DNA of 64,000 nt from Bacteroidota bacterium (GCA_039797705.1 JBDKHK010000014.1:10758-74757); one strand, 5' to 3'. Counted from the first letter of the stretch, positions 17,750 through 28,526 are shown. The notes: a model not told the origin generated them from the letters alone. Numbers and translations are program-made.

Positions 17750-18700
17750 ATGGTAAAAATATACAGAAAATCAGGCAACGAATTAATATTAATTCAAGAG
17801 CCAGAAAAAGACTGTTGGATTAATATAATTCCACCTTTTAATATGGAAGAATTAGAATTGTTGTCTAAAAAAACACAAGCACCATTTTCTTATATCACTG
17901 ATTGTATTGACCAGTTTGAGCGTTCGAGATTTGAAAGCCAAGACGATGCCAAGTTAATTGTAATAAATACCCCCGTGGTAAACGATGGATTTGATGTGGA
18001 AGATGAAGCAACGTATATTACCGTTCCGGTCGGTATTATTTTAGTACCAGATATATTTATGACGGTAAGTTCTGTGAATAATCCTACTATCGAATGGTTT
18101 GAAAAAAATGTATTGAAGAATGTACAATTACAAAATAAAGCATTGTTTGTGATTCGTATTTTTGAAAGGAATGTCTATTATTTCTTACATTATTTAAGAG
18201 AAATAAATAAACGAATTTCTCAAATAGAAAAGGAGTTGACATATTCCAGTAGAAATCAAGAATTAAATGAATTGTTACATATTCAAAAAGCATTGGTCTA
18301 TTTTGCAAATGACTTGAGGGCAAACGAAATGGTATTAATGAAAATACAACGCAACGATTTTTTAGAATTGGGAGAGGATGAAAAAACAAAAGATTTATTA
18401 CAAGATGTTATTATAGATAATTCGCAAGCAGTGGAAATGGCGAATGTATATTCTAATATTTTGGGAAATATGATGGTGGCATTTGCATCTATTATTTCTA
18501 ATAATTTAGGGCATGTGGTAAACCGACTTACGGCAGTTACCATTGCACTCATGTTGCCTACTTTAGTCGCTGGAGTGTATGGAATGAACGTGGATTTACC
18601 ATTTCAGCATCATGCACACGCTTTTACTATAGTAATAATTATTAGTATATTGGTTACAATTGCTTTTGTTGTATATTTCAAAAGAAAAAGATGGTTGTGA
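17750..18700 (+). CDS. corA: CorA-family magnesium/cobalt transporter
   Basis: A YGMNV (GMN) motif precedes the last of two C-terminal TM helices. Confidence 0.88.
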   Translation: MVKIYRKSGNELILIQEPEKDCWINIIPPFNMEELELLSKKTQAPFSYITDCIDQFERSRFESQDDAKLIVINTPVVNDGFDVEDEATYITVPVGIILVPDIFMTVSSVNNPTIEWFEKNVLKNVQLQNKALFVIRIFERNVYYFLHYLREINKRISQIEKELTYSSRNQELNELLHIQKALVYFANDLRANEMVLMKIQRNDFLELGEDEKTKDLLQDVIIDNSQAVEMANVYSNILGNMMVAFASIISNNLGHVVNRLTAVTIALMLPTLVAGVYGMNVDLPFQHHAHAFTIVIIISILVTIAFVVYFKRKRWL

Positions 18701-18734
18701 TTATTAATAATTAATATTACATCAAAAATTAAAC

Positions 18735-19784
18735 ATGAATAATGAACTCGCCACGATAAGAATGATTCTGATTTTCTTTGCTGCCATAGCTTTATTGGGA
18801 TTGTTATATCTTTTGCAAGATTTATTAATACCACTCATGCTGGCAATGTTTATTGCATTGTTATTACAACCTTTATTAGTATGGTTTGAAAAACGAAAAG
18901 TTCCATTGTGGTTAGGCGTTAGTATTATATGGATAGGATTGATAGTAATCGGGTTTTTTGTAGGAGCTGTTATCTACAAAACAGGTTCACAAATTTTTAG
19001 CGAGAAAGAATATATTTATTCGCAAGTGAAAATGAAATTAAGTGGCTTATTGCAATTTTATAGTAATCTTACTGGAAAAGAATTAGATTTAGAAGGAATG
19101 ATGAACTCTATAAATTCTGGATTGTCGTCAGAGTTTATTATTCATAATTCGGGTTCTATATTTGGCGTTTTAGGCTCTTTGTTTGAAGAGTTTTTATTGA
19201 CCGCTGTTTTATTGGTTATTATACTTTCTGGCGTTATGAGATATGAAAATTATTTGAGCTATTTAGGTGGCGAAAATAAAAGTAAAAAATATATTCAAGC
19301 ATTTGAAGATGTAAAAAATTCCATTGTTTCCTATATGAAAGTAAAATTTATTGTAAGTGTTATTTACGGTGTAGGCGTAGCTGTTATTTGTTATTTATTT
19401 GGATTACAGTTTGCATTTTTTTGGGGATTTATTGGGTTTGTATTAAATTTTCTTCCAGTTTTTGGAGCGATATTTGGATTAATTCCAGTATTTGTGATGG
19501 CATTAATTCAGTTTTATTCTCCCTTTAACGCATTTCTGCTTATTGTTTGTGCTTATGCATTTCATTTTATTTTAGCATCTGTAATAGAACCTATTTTTAT
19601 GGGAAACAGAACGTCTTTAAATACTATTGTAGTCATCATGGGTTTATTGTTTTGGGGATATTTATGGGGAGTTTATGGTATGTTTTTATCTGTACCCATG
19701 ATGGTATTGACAAAAGTAATTCTTAGCCAAATTCAAGGAACAGAAGTAATAGTAAGATTATTAGGAAGCCAAGAGAAAAAATAA
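18735..19784 (+). CDS. AI-2E family transporter (PerM/UPF0118)
   Basis: About 8 TM helices with a central soluble insert, and a family-typical end MFLSVPMMVLTKVIL. Confidence 0.75.
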   Translation: MNNELATIRMILIFFAAIALLGLLYLLQDLLIPLMLAMFIALLLQPLLVWFEKRKVPLWLGVSIIWIGLIVIGFFVGAVIYKTGSQIFSEKEYIYSQVKMKLSGLLQFYSNLTGKELDLEGMMNSINSGLSSEFIIHNSGSIFGVLGSLFEEFLLTAVLLVIILSGVMRYENYLSYLGGENKSKKYIQAFEDVKNSIVSYMKVKFIVSVIYGVGVAVICYLFGLQFAFFWGFIGFVLNFLPVFGAIFGLIPVFVMALIQFYSPFNAFLLIVCAYAFHFILASVIEPIFMGNRTSLNTIVVIMGLLFWGYLWGVYGMFLSVPMMVLTKVILSQIQGTEVIVRLLGSQEKK

Positions 19785-19817
19785 TCATATAAGGAATCTT
19801 AGAACCTAAAGAATGTT

Positions 19818-19969
19818 ATAGAATATACGAAAACATTTCTACAGTAAAACGTTGCCCCTTTGCGCCCTTTGCGTGAAAAAAAATAAATCACATAGAAGCT
19901 ATAGAATATACGAAAACATTTCTTGCAGAAATAAAACGTTGCCCCTTTGCGCCCTTTGCGTGAAAAAAA
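19818..19969. repeat. Two tandem copies (period 83 bp) of an element with a GC-rich core
   Basis: atagaatatacgaaaacatttct...aaaacgttgcccctttgcgccctttgcgtgaaaaaaa occurs at 19818-19883 and again at 19901-19969. Confidence 0.85.
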
Positions 19970-20701
19970 TTACTTTTTGAAATGGCTGTCATCTCTGCTC
20001 ATAGATTCATAAGCACACATGTATATAATGCCCGGATAGTTTTCTATTAATTGATAATTATGAGTGGCAATAATAATCGGCGTTTGTATAGATTGAAAAA
20101 TGGAATAAAACAAACTCATTATTTCATCCGTAGTTTCAGGGTCTAAATTTCCTGTTGGTTCATCTGCCAATATTAATTCTGGCTGATTTAATAAAGCACG
20201 AGCAATAACAACCCTTTGTTGTTCCCCTCCAGATAATTGGCTTGGCAATTTCCGCATCTTATCGGTAAGTTTCACCATTTCTAACGATTCTTCTATCGTT
20301 TTTTTTATTTTATTTTTATCCGTCCAGCCAATAGCTCTCAATACAAAATCTAAATTATCAAAAATATTTCTGTCGGATAATAATTGAAAATCCTGAAAAA
20401 TAATTCCCAATCTTCTACGTAAATACGGAACATCCGCTTTTTTTAATGTTTTCAAATTATATCCGCAAACATCTGCTTCCCCTGAAGTGAATTCCAAGTC
20501 TCCGTAAAGCGTTTTTAATAAGCTACTTTTGCCACTGCCGGTTCTTCCAATTAAATAAATAAAATCACCTTTTCTTACTTCAAAATTGACATTATCCAGC
20601 ACCACATGATTATTGTGCATAATTTTGCCTTTCTTAATGTCCACTACACGAGGCATTATTTTAGTAACTATCGGATTATTTATTTCAACTGCTTCTGCCA
20701 T
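19970..20701 (-). CDS. ftsE: Cell division ATP-binding protein FtsE (ABC ATPase)
   Basis: GRTGSGKSSLLK (Walker A), LSGGEQQRVVIARAL (signature) and LILADEPTGNLD (Walker B). The size and single domain are typical of FtsE. Confidence 0.8.
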   Translation of the reverse strand: MAEAVEINNPIVTKIMPRVVDIKKGKIMHNNHVVLDNVNFEVRKGDFIYLIGRTGSGKSSLLKTLYGDLEFTSGEADVCGYNLKTLKKADVPYLRRRLGIIFQDFQLLSDRNIFDNLDFVLRAIGWTDKNKIKKTIEESLEMVKLTDKMRKLPSQLSGGEQQRVVIARALLNQPELILADEPTGNLDPETTDEIMSLFYSIFQSIQTPIIIATHNYQLIENYPGIIYMCAYESMSRDDSHFKK

Positions 20702-20827
20702 GATTATTAAAAGTTATTGAATATGAAATTATTGGTCTAAAGCTATAAATAAGTATTGTTAGTAATATATAACCATTAACGAATAACTACTTCACAAATC
20801 TACAACAAAATAAATCTAATAAATCCG

Positions 20828-20835
20828 TATTTTTG
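20828..20835 (+). promoter_or_regulatory. -7 box TATTTTTG, 6 nt before hemE ATG
   Basis: TATTTTTG-cccatt-ATG. The box overlaps the alternative TTG start at 20833, which argues for the ATG at 20842. Confidence 0.5.
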
Positions 20836-20841
20836 CCCATT

Positions 20842-21864
20842 ATGTTAACAAATGATTTGCTTTTAAGAGCTGCAAGAGGAGAAAATACAGAAAGAACACC
20901 CGTTTGGATGATGCGTCAGGCAGGGCGCATATTGCCAGAATATAGAGCTGTTCGCAGCAGTGTCAATGGATTTAAAGAATTAGTGAAAAATCCTGAATTA
21001 ATTTGTGAAGTAACCTTACAACCCGTAGATATTTTAGGCGTTGATGCCGCTATTATTTTTTCAGATATTTTAGTCATTCCAGAAGCAATGGGATTAAACT
21101 ATGAAATGATAGAAAGTAAAGGCCCCTTTTTCCCAAAAACAATTAAAAATGAATCGGATGTTGCAGCATTAACAACAGAAGTAGTACCAAATTTGCAATA
21201 CGTTTTTGAGTCTATCCGTATAACAAAATCTGCTTTGAACAACCGCGTTCCACTCATTGGTTTTGCCGGCGCTCCTTGGACCATTTTTTCATATATGATA
21301 GAAGGAAAAGGCAGTAAAACTTTTTCAGAAGCAAAAAAAATGCTTTATGTAAATCCAGTTTTATCCCATCAATTATTAGATAAAATCACCACTTCCACCA
21401 TTGCATATTTAAAAGAACAAATCAAAAATGGCGCAGACATTGTTCAAGTATTTGATAGTTGGGCAGGTGTTTTAAGTAAGGCACAATATACAGAATTTGC
21501 GTTGCCTTACATGAATAGAATCTCGCAAGCTATCACAGAAGTACCGGTTGTTTTATTTGCAAAAGATGCGCATTATATCCTTAACGAATTTAATAATACG
21601 AACTGTTCCGTTATTGGTTTAGATTGGACTATTGATCCCGAAAAAGCCAGGCGTGAAGCTTCCAATAAAACGTTGCAAGGAAATTTAGATCCTTGTGTAT
21701 TGTATGCCGACAAAGCAACGATAAAAAAGGAAACCGAAAAAATGTTGCAAACATTCGGAAGTCAACGCTATATATGCAATTTAGGACACGGCGTTTATCC
21801 AGATGTGAGTTTTGAGAAAGCTAAATATTTTATAGAAACCGTACAAAATTATAGATACAAATAA
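20842..21864 (+). CDS. hemE: Uroporphyrinogen decarboxylase
   Basis: PVWMMRQAGRILPEYR and FSDILV are UROD signatures. Confidence 0.93.
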   Translation: MLTNDLLLRAARGENTERTPVWMMRQAGRILPEYRAVRSSVNGFKELVKNPELICEVTLQPVDILGVDAAIIFSDILVIPEAMGLNYEMIESKGPFFPKTIKNESDVAALTTEVVPNLQYVFESIRITKSALNNRVPLIGFAGAPWTIFSYMIEGKGSKTFSEAKKMLYVNPVLSHQLLDKITTSTIAYLKEQIKNGADIVQVFDSWAGVLSKAQYTEFALPYMNRISQAITEVPVVLFAKDAHYILNEFNNTNCSVIGLDWTIDPEKARREASNKTLQGNLDPCVLYADKATIKKETEKMLQTFGSQRYICNLGHGVYPDVSFEKAKYFIETVQNYRYK

Positions 21865-22149
21865 TTAGAAATCTCTAATTATTCTTGATGCTCCAGATAT
21901 GGAAAAGTAATAGGTTGGATACGGTATCATTCCCTTGTAAATGGAAATATAATTAGAGCATATTATGAACGTTATTCCTGTTTTTATTATAGTTATATTT
22001 AATATATGTAAGCATAAAATAATGCTAAAAATGTACTCACCAGCTATCCGTAAATATCAATACGCTTCCTCCATTTTAAAACACCTATAGAAAGATTTCT
22101 TTGTAATATGAAAAGTAATCATTACATTTATTTTACGCAATAACGAACT

Positions 22150-22917
22150 ATGATTTCTACCATTGTAATAGAAGATGATCCTATTTTTAGGGATATGCTG
22201 GTAGATATGCTGCCAAAAACAGATGTAAAAACAAATTTATTAGCTACTTGTGCCACACTACGCCAAGCTAAAGAGGCAATTGAAGCGCATAATCCGCAAC
22301 TGATTTTTTTGGATGTAGAACTGCCAGATGGCAAAGGAACAGAACTCCTTTTGGATTATGAAGAGCATGGAGGATTTGAAACCATTTTTGTTACCTCACA
22401 TGATAAATATGCCATCGAAGCCATCAAGAAAAATGCAGCAGATTATATTTTAAAACCTGTAAAAATAAATGAATTAAATAATGCCCTTCAAAAAGTATTA
22501 AAACGCCTTGAAGTTTATACAACTCTTTTAAAATTAGAAGAACTTACGACGTATGTAGATAAACTAAAACAACAAAATCTACAAGAAAATAAAATTATGA
22601 TTAATACCAATGAAGGGGCTATTTTTTTAAAAGTGGGCGATATTCTGAAATTAGAATCAGAAAGTAATTACACGATTATTTATTTAGAATCCAATAAAAA
22701 AATAATCGCCTCTAAAACACTTTCTGTTTTTGAAGAAATGCTGGAATCACTCAATTTTATGCGCATTCATCGTTCTTTTATGATTAACCTCACCAAAATA
22801 AAAACAATAGAAAACGAAAACGGCAGTTATTCGGCAAAAATGTTAGATAATTCATTGGTGGAAATTTCAAGAAGAAAAAAGAAAGATTTCTTTGAGAAAA
22901 TTGCCTATCAGTCATAA
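22150..22917 (+). CDS. LytTR-family response regulator
   Basis: Receiver domain (LIFLDVELPDGKG, KP motif) plus a C-terminal LytTR DNA-binding domain (FMRIHRSFMINL). No adjacent histidine kinase. Confidence 0.88.
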   Translation: MISTIVIEDDPIFRDMLVDMLPKTDVKTNLLATCATLRQAKEAIEAHNPQLIFLDVELPDGKGTELLLDYEEHGGFETIFVTSHDKYAIEAIKKNAADYILKPVKINELNNALQKVLKRLEVYTTLLKLEELTTYVDKLKQQNLQENKIMINTNEGAIFLKVGDILKLESESNYTIIYLESNKKIIASKTLSVFEEMLESLNFMRIHRSFMINLTKIKTIENENGSYSAKMLDNSLVEISRRKKKDFFEKIAYQS

Positions 22918-23121
22918 ATAGAATTATTACTTCCAAATTATCTAAATTTTATTGGATTATTCTTATTTAATGTAATAAAGCAATAAATACAGATGGTATT
23001 TTAAGGTTACTTTACGTCTGCTTTAGTAAAACTGTAAATATTCAATTCATTGAGTTTATTTTTTTTGATTATCGTATATTCATATTTTTAAATTATTTTT
23101 CATCCTCAATTTTAAATATCA

Positions 23122-24462
23122 ATGAATTTGACTGATAATGATTTTGTAGAACGTCTTTCGATTCGACATCAAAATGAACCAGAATTTTTACAAGCAGTTT
23201 GGGAGGTAACTGAAAATTTACTTCCATTTATAGAAAAAAATCCTATCTACAAAAAACATAGAGTTTTAGAGTATATGACGGAGCCAGAACGCACTATTAT
23301 TTTTCGTGTTCCATGGATTAATGACCAAGGCATGGTAGAGTTTAATAGAGGCTATCGGGTGCAAATGAGCAGTGTAATCGGGCCTTACAAAGGTGGGTTG
23401 CGTTTTCATCCCTCTGTGAATTTAAGCATCTTAAAATTTTTAGCGTTTGAGCAAGTATTAAAAAATAGCCTTACGGGGCTTCCAATGGGCGGTGCAAAAG
23501 GTGGTAGTGATTTTGACCCAAAAGGAAAAAGCGATGCAGAAGTAATGAAATTTTGTCAAAGTTTTATGACGGAATTATCTAAATATATTGGTCCCAATAC
23601 AGACGTTCCCGCCGGAGATATCGGCGTGGGTGCAAGAGAAATTGGATATATGTTTGGTCAGTATAAAAGGCTAAAAAATGAATTTACCGGCGTATTAACC
23701 GGAAAAGGTTTTGAGTACGGCGGAAGCCTTATCAGACCCGAAGCTACAGGATACGGCGCAGTTTATTTTGTAGAAGAAATGCTACAATTAAGAGGAGATT
23801 CTTTAGCCGGAAAAAAAGTAGTGATTTCAGGCTCTGGAAACGTAGCGCAATTTGCTGTTGAAAAATGTATAGAAATGGGGGCTACGGTTTTAACACTATC
23901 AGACTCCGAAGGATATATTTTTGATTCAAAAGGAATTGATTTGCAAAAATTAGAATATATCCAACAATTGAAAAATGTAAAAAGAGGTAGAATAAAAGAA
24001 TATGCCGAAAAATATGGCTGTGAGTATGTAGAAGGTGAAAAACCTTGGGGCGTTCCATGTGATATTGCTATGCCATGCGCTACTCAAAATGAATTGGATG
24101 GAGAAGATGCTTTAAAATTGGTAAACAATGGCTGTTTTTTAGTGGCAGAAGGAGCGAATATGCCCAGCACTCCCGAAGCAATTGAAGTATTCCATCATCA
24201 TAAAACATTATATGCGCCCGGAAAAGCAGCCAACGCCGGAGGCGTTGCAGTGAGTGGTTTAGAAATGTCTCAAAACTCATTGAGATACCATTGGCCAAGA
24301 GAAAAAGTAAACCTTAGATTGAAAGGTATTATGCAAGGTATTCACCACTCTTGCGTAAAATACGGAAAAGAAGCAGATGGACACATCGACTATAAAAAAG
24401 GAGCAAATATTGCTGGCTTCGTAAAAGTAGCAGATGCCATGATTGCTCAAGGTGTAGTTTAA
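23122..24462 (+). CDS. gdhA: NADP-specific glutamate dehydrogenase
   Basis: GPYKGGLRFHP, LPMGGAKGGSDFDPKG and GSGNVA (Rossmann) are Glu/Leu/Phe/Val dehydrogenase signatures. Confidence 0.95.
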   Translation: MNLTDNDFVERLSIRHQNEPEFLQAVWEVTENLLPFIEKNPIYKKHRVLEYMTEPERTIIFRVPWINDQGMVEFNRGYRVQMSSVIGPYKGGLRFHPSVNLSILKFLAFEQVLKNSLTGLPMGGAKGGSDFDPKGKSDAEVMKFCQSFMTELSKYIGPNTDVPAGDIGVGAREIGYMFGQYKRLKNEFTGVLTGKGFEYGGSLIRPEATGYGAVYFVEEMLQLRGDSLAGKKVVISGSGNVAQFAVEKCIEMGATVLTLSDSEGYIFDSKGIDLQKLEYIQQLKNVKRGRIKEYAEKYGCEYVEGEKPWGVPCDIAMPCATQNELDGEDALKLVNNGCFLVAEGANMPSTPEAIEVFHHHKTLYAPGKAANAGGVAVSGLEMSQNSLRYHWPREKVNLRLKGIMQGIHHSCVKYGKEADGHIDYKKGANIAGFVKVADAMIAQGVV

Positions 24463-24471
24463 TTACAACTT

Positions 24472-26559
24472 TTACAAACTTATTATAAATGCCTTTTCAT
24501 TCAAATCATGGAAAGGCATTTTGCTTTCTTGAAGTATTTTTCGATAGATTTTCTGATGATAATTATCATTGTCACTTGATACAATAATTTTTTGGAATTT
24601 ATAATTTGATTTTATTTGCTCTATGTTTAAATAGCAATTATCACTCAACACCAAATAATCAATATCCAATGGAATTGCAAATGTTTTGCGAGTATTTGTA
24701 TGAGTTAAAAAATAAAAACGCTTGTTATAAATGACTGCCAAATTATTTTGGAAATAGAAGTTGGTTGGTGTCTTGCTATCTTTTAGTAATTTATTTTCAT
24801 ACGTTTTAATTCGCTTAATACGATGCGAATTTTGAATGCAAAAATTAAATGATTTTGTTTGGATGCTGTCTTTGGATAATAAAAGTTGATAGCCCTTTTG
24901 TTGAATTCCAATAACAAAATTCTTTGGTACAGAGTATAAAATTATTTCATTTTTTCTCCATTGTTGAATATTGTATGCGTACGAAAATAAAATGGTGGAT
25001 AACCATAAGCTCATACAGAAAAATATATAAACTGCCTTTCGCTGAATGACAAAAAATGCTAGTAATAAAATTGAAAATAATAAAACGATTAATTGTAAAG
25101 GCGTAACATACAAATTGAATAATTTCCCTAATGGCAAGTGTGCAAAAAAATAAGTGAACTGAATAAATATTTTTACAGATAACGCATCTAAATATCCTAC
25201 CCAATGCGCTACAACGGGAACAAAACTTAACGGAATAAGTGCCATACTCCACCAAAGAATAACGGAAGAAAGTGGAATGGCAAAGATATTTGCCAATAAA
25301 AAATAAGTTGGAAAATTTCCGAAATAATAGATACTCAATGGAACCGTAAAAAGCTGCGCTGCAATACTTGCCGACCATAATTTCCACGTCCAATCTATAA
25401 TTTTAAAACGTGAATAAAATAAAGAATAGATAGGGTTCGTAAAAATAAAAAGACCCAACATGGCTAAATAGGAAAGCTGAAATCCAATGTCAAATAAATT
25501 ATTCGGATTCATTAATAATTGTATCAATGCAGCACCTGCTAATAAATTTAAGTTGTTGACATTTTCTTTGCTCAGTCTTCCAAAATTTAGAAGTGAAAAT
25601 AAAATAGCAGCCCGCACACATGCAGAGGAAAATCCTGTAACAAAAGTAAATATCCAAATAAAACAAAAAATGAAAATAAACTTTGATATTTTTATTTTCC
25701 TATTTCTATCGGGAATGAAACTTAAAAAAAATAAAAGCATTCCATAGATTATACCAACATGCAATCCTGAAACAGAAAGAATATGCAAAATGCCGGTATA
25801 AGCAAATGCATTGTAAAGTTCCATATCAATATCTGCACGATGACCTAATAAAATACCATCAGCTAAAGTGAAATTCTCTTTGCCTGGAATATATTTTTTT
25901 AAAATAGATTGAACATACATTCCGATATTATTACTGATACGATCTACTGCATAACGTTTGTGTTTGCTCAATAAAATCCAACTTCCGTTGGGAATATATG
26001 CTTGCTGATAAATGGATTTATGTTTTAAATAATTGGCATAATCAAATTGCCCCAAATTGCTGGGTGCATCTACTGTTTTTGCTTTTAGTTGGAACAAAAT
26101 TTCATCCCCAATTTCTACTGTTTGCAAACAACTGTCTTTCTTAAAATAGACTAATAATTTTCCGCTGGATGACTGTGCATTTCCCAAACTGTCTATAACC
26201 TGTTCTATTTGTAAAACAGTTTTATAGGTGTTTTCTTTTTCTTCTAATGGGGCTGCAATAATACCTTTTGCAAAATCTGCTTTGTATCTGCTAAAATGAT
26301 TGGATTGATTTTCTATTTTGGCAGAACGAATCATCCATGCGCCTAATACAAACAAAAACAAAAATGTGATTACGATATTTATTTTTTTAGAAAACGAATG
26401 ATGTGTTGTAAAATGACTGATTAATAAAACTCCAAAAAGCAACAAAATACTTATAGTTAAATAAGTAAATGAAATAGAAAATACATCAAAAGCTAAAATA
26501 CCTGCAACGATAGGAATTAGGATTTTTAGTAAGGGTATATGCTGTAACTTATAAGGCAC
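24472..26559 (-). CDS. comEC: ComEC/Rec2 family competence protein
   Basis: Polytopic membrane protein. YTGILHILSVSGLHVGI is the ComEC competence-domain motif. The start is GTG. Confidence 0.85.
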   Translation of the reverse strand: MPYKLQHIPLLKILIPIVAGILAFDVFSISFTYLTISILLLFGVLLISHFTTHHSFSKKINIVITFLFLFVLGAWMIRSAKIENQSNHFSRYKADFAKGIIAAPLEEKENTYKTVLQIEQVIDSLGNAQSSSGKLLVYFKKDSCLQTVEIGDEILFQLKAKTVDAPSNLGQFDYANYLKHKSIYQQAYIPNGSWILLSKHKRYAVDRISNNIGMYVQSILKKYIPGKENFTLADGILLGHRADIDMELYNAFAYTGILHILSVSGLHVGIIYGMLLFFLSFIPDRNRKIKISKFIFIFCFIWIFTFVTGFSSACVRAAILFSLLNFGRLSKENVNNLNLLAGAALIQLLMNPNNLFDIGFQLSYLAMLGLFIFTNPIYSLFYSRFKIIDWTWKLWSASIAAQLFTVPLSIYYFGNFPTYFLLANIFAIPLSSVILWWSMALIPLSFVPVVAHWVGYLDALSVKIFIQFTYFFAHLPLGKLFNLYVTPLQLIVLLFSILLLAFFVIQRKAVYIFFCMSLWLSTILFSYAYNIQQWRKNEIILYSVPKNFVIGIQQKGYQLLLSKDSIQTKSFNFCIQNSHRIKRIKTYENKLLKDSKTPTNFYFQNNLAVIYNKRFYFLTHTNTRKTFAIPLDIDYLVLSDNCYLNIEQIKSNYKFQKIIVSSDNDNYHQKIYRKILQESKMPFHDLNEKAFIISL

Positions 26560-26590
26560 ATACTAATATAAAAGAATAATATGAAATTGT

Positions 26591-26625
26591 AAAATAAAAA
26601 GCCACCATTTTTTTGATGGTGGCTT
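26591..26625 (-). terminator. Rho-independent terminator after yidC
   Basis: 10-bp stem aagccaccat/atggtggctt with a T-rich run following on the minus strand, 10 nt after the yidC stop. Confidence 0.75.
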
Positions 26626-26635
26626 GATTATTTAT

Positions 26636-28507
26636 TTACGGATTCTTTTTTTTCATTTCCTGTTGCTGCTTCATAATTTCCTGCATCTTTTGTTGGAAAG
26701 AATTTTGCTTAGCGGGTTTCTTTTTATTCTCTTGAATTTGCAAATGAATTTGTGCTTCATCAATAAAGAATTTTTGAATAAACCAGTTTTGTGCAATCGT
26801 CAAAACGTTAAACAATAAATAGTAATACGTCAATGCTGCCGGTTGTTTGTTGAACATAAACATCAACATAACGGGCATCACATATTGCATAATTTTCATT
26901 TGTTGCGCCATCATATCATTGCCCCCACTTGTAGGTTGTGATTGGCTGGTTATTTTCGTAACAGCAATAGACGATATCGCCATTAATATAGTAAATAAAC
27001 TAATGTGATTGCCAAATAAAGAACTTACAATAGGAATATTATGGCTCCAAGTGATTATGGAATCAAAACTGGAAAGGTCTTTTGCCCATAAAAATGGCTG
27101 TTGTCGCAGTTCTATACTCGATGGAATAAAACGATACATGGCAATTAAAATTGGCATTTGCAACAACATTGGTAAGCATCCTCCAAATGGACTTACACCC
27201 GTTTGAGAATATAATTCCATTTGTTTTTGTCCAAACTCCGTTTGATTGGGGTATTTCTTTTTCAATTCATCTATTTCCGGTTTCAATACCCGCATCTTCG
27301 CCATGGAAACAGTCGATTTGTAAGTGAAAGGAAAGGTAATTAACTTTATAACTAAAGATAAAATGAGTATAATGATACCATAATTAGAAATAAAACTTTC
27401 TAAAAATTTATAAATTGGTCCAATAAAATATTTATTGATAAGCCCTAAAATACTCCATCCCAATGGAATAATTTCATCCAATCCAACATTTAATTTTTTC
27501 AAATAATCATACTTGTTGGGCCCCATATAAACCTGCATTGGAAAATTAAAAGCATTGCTATGATTAAAAGGAATGGCAATTTGGCTATTAAATGTTTTTA
27601 CGATATTTTGATTTTCTTTAGGAGTTTCTACCGAAATGGCAGCGCCAGTTTTAAAAAAACCTTTAGTGGCAATTAATGAAGTATTAAAGAATTTTTGTTT
27701 GTATGAAACCCATTGTATAGGCGTTTCCAATGTTTCTTTTTTATCTCTAGTAAGATTATCTTCTTCTTTTTTATCATTGTAATAATGCAAAGAAGAATTA
27801 TATCGCTGATCATCTAAACCACCTTCTTGTGATGGTAAATTTTGAGTCCAATTTAATGTAATAGGTTGATTTGCCGGAATAACATCAGCAAAATTAACAG
27901 CATTGATGGAGAAATCTACTACATAGCCTTCGCCATGAATTGTAAATTTGTGTTCATATATTTTCCCACCACCTAAATCAATTTTATAAGCAACATCAAT
28001 AGATTGAGTACCAATTATTTTTTGAGAAACAATATTGGAAGCAAAAAATAAATTTTCTGTTTGAACAGGAGTTTTGCTATCATTGGAAATAAATGAAAAA
28101 TTAAAATTACTTCCATTGTCTTCAAATAATACTAAAGGCTTTTGCTCAAAAGTTTTATAGTTTTTCAAAACTACTTTTTTGATAACGCCACCTTTATTAG
28201 AGAACGTAAAAATACATTTCTCATTTTCGATAGTGGTTAATACTTCTTCGCCAGAGGCAAATGCAGCAAAGCCACCCATTTTACTTATTTGTATAGAATC
28301 CTGTTTGATAGCTTTAGCTGTTGTTGTACTATCCGTTTTGGTAGAATCATTTGTAGTAATACTAACGGTAGTAAATTTATCTTGTTCCGTTTGTTTTGGA
28401 TGTTCTTTTACATATTTAGCTTCTTGCTGTTGTGTGTAAATAGAAAAACCTAAAAAAATTAGAATAATAAGCGTAATACCAATGAGCGTATTTTTGTCAA
28501 AATCCAT
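26636..28507 (-). CDS. yidC: Membrane protein insertase YidC
   Basis: N-terminal TM helix, a large periplasmic domain, and a C-terminal 60-kDa insertase core (KMRVLKPEIDELKKKY, GGCLPMLLQMPILIAMY). Confidence 0.93.
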   Translation of the reverse strand: MDFDKNTLIGITLIILIFLGFSIYTQQQEAKYVKEHPKQTEQDKFTTVSITTNDSTKTDSTTTAKAIKQDSIQISKMGGFAAFASGEEVLTTIENEKCIFTFSNKGGVIKKVVLKNYKTFEQKPLVLFEDNGSNFNFSFISNDSKTPVQTENLFFASNIVSQKIIGTQSIDVAYKIDLGGGKIYEHKFTIHGEGYVVDFSINAVNFADVIPANQPITLNWTQNLPSQEGGLDDQRYNSSLHYYNDKKEEDNLTRDKKETLETPIQWVSYKQKFFNTSLIATKGFFKTGAAISVETPKENQNIVKTFNSQIAIPFNHSNAFNFPMQVYMGPNKYDYLKKLNVGLDEIIPLGWSILGLINKYFIGPIYKFLESFISNYGIIILILSLVIKLITFPFTYKSTVSMAKMRVLKPEIDELKKKYPNQTEFGQKQMELYSQTGVSPFGGCLPMLLQMPILIAMYRFIPSSIELRQQPFLWAKDLSSFDSIITWSHNIPIVSSLFGNHISLFTILMAISSIAVTKITSQSQPTSGGNDMMAQQMKIMQYVMPVMLMFMFNKQPAALTYYYLLFNVLTIAQNWFIQKFFIDEAQIHLQIQENKKKPAKQNSFQQKMQEIMKQQQEMKKKNP

Positions 28508-28526
28508 AGAAAATTATATTGAAGGG

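Noticed and set aside
21965-22090. 41-codon ORF (MNVIPVFIIVIFNICKHKIMLKMYSPAIRKYQYASSILKHL) upstream of the LytTR regulator, as a signalling peptide gene.
   Set aside because: It has no promoter box, no double-glycine or other leader motif, and no conservation evidence available. ORFs of this length arise by chance in AT-rich DNA.
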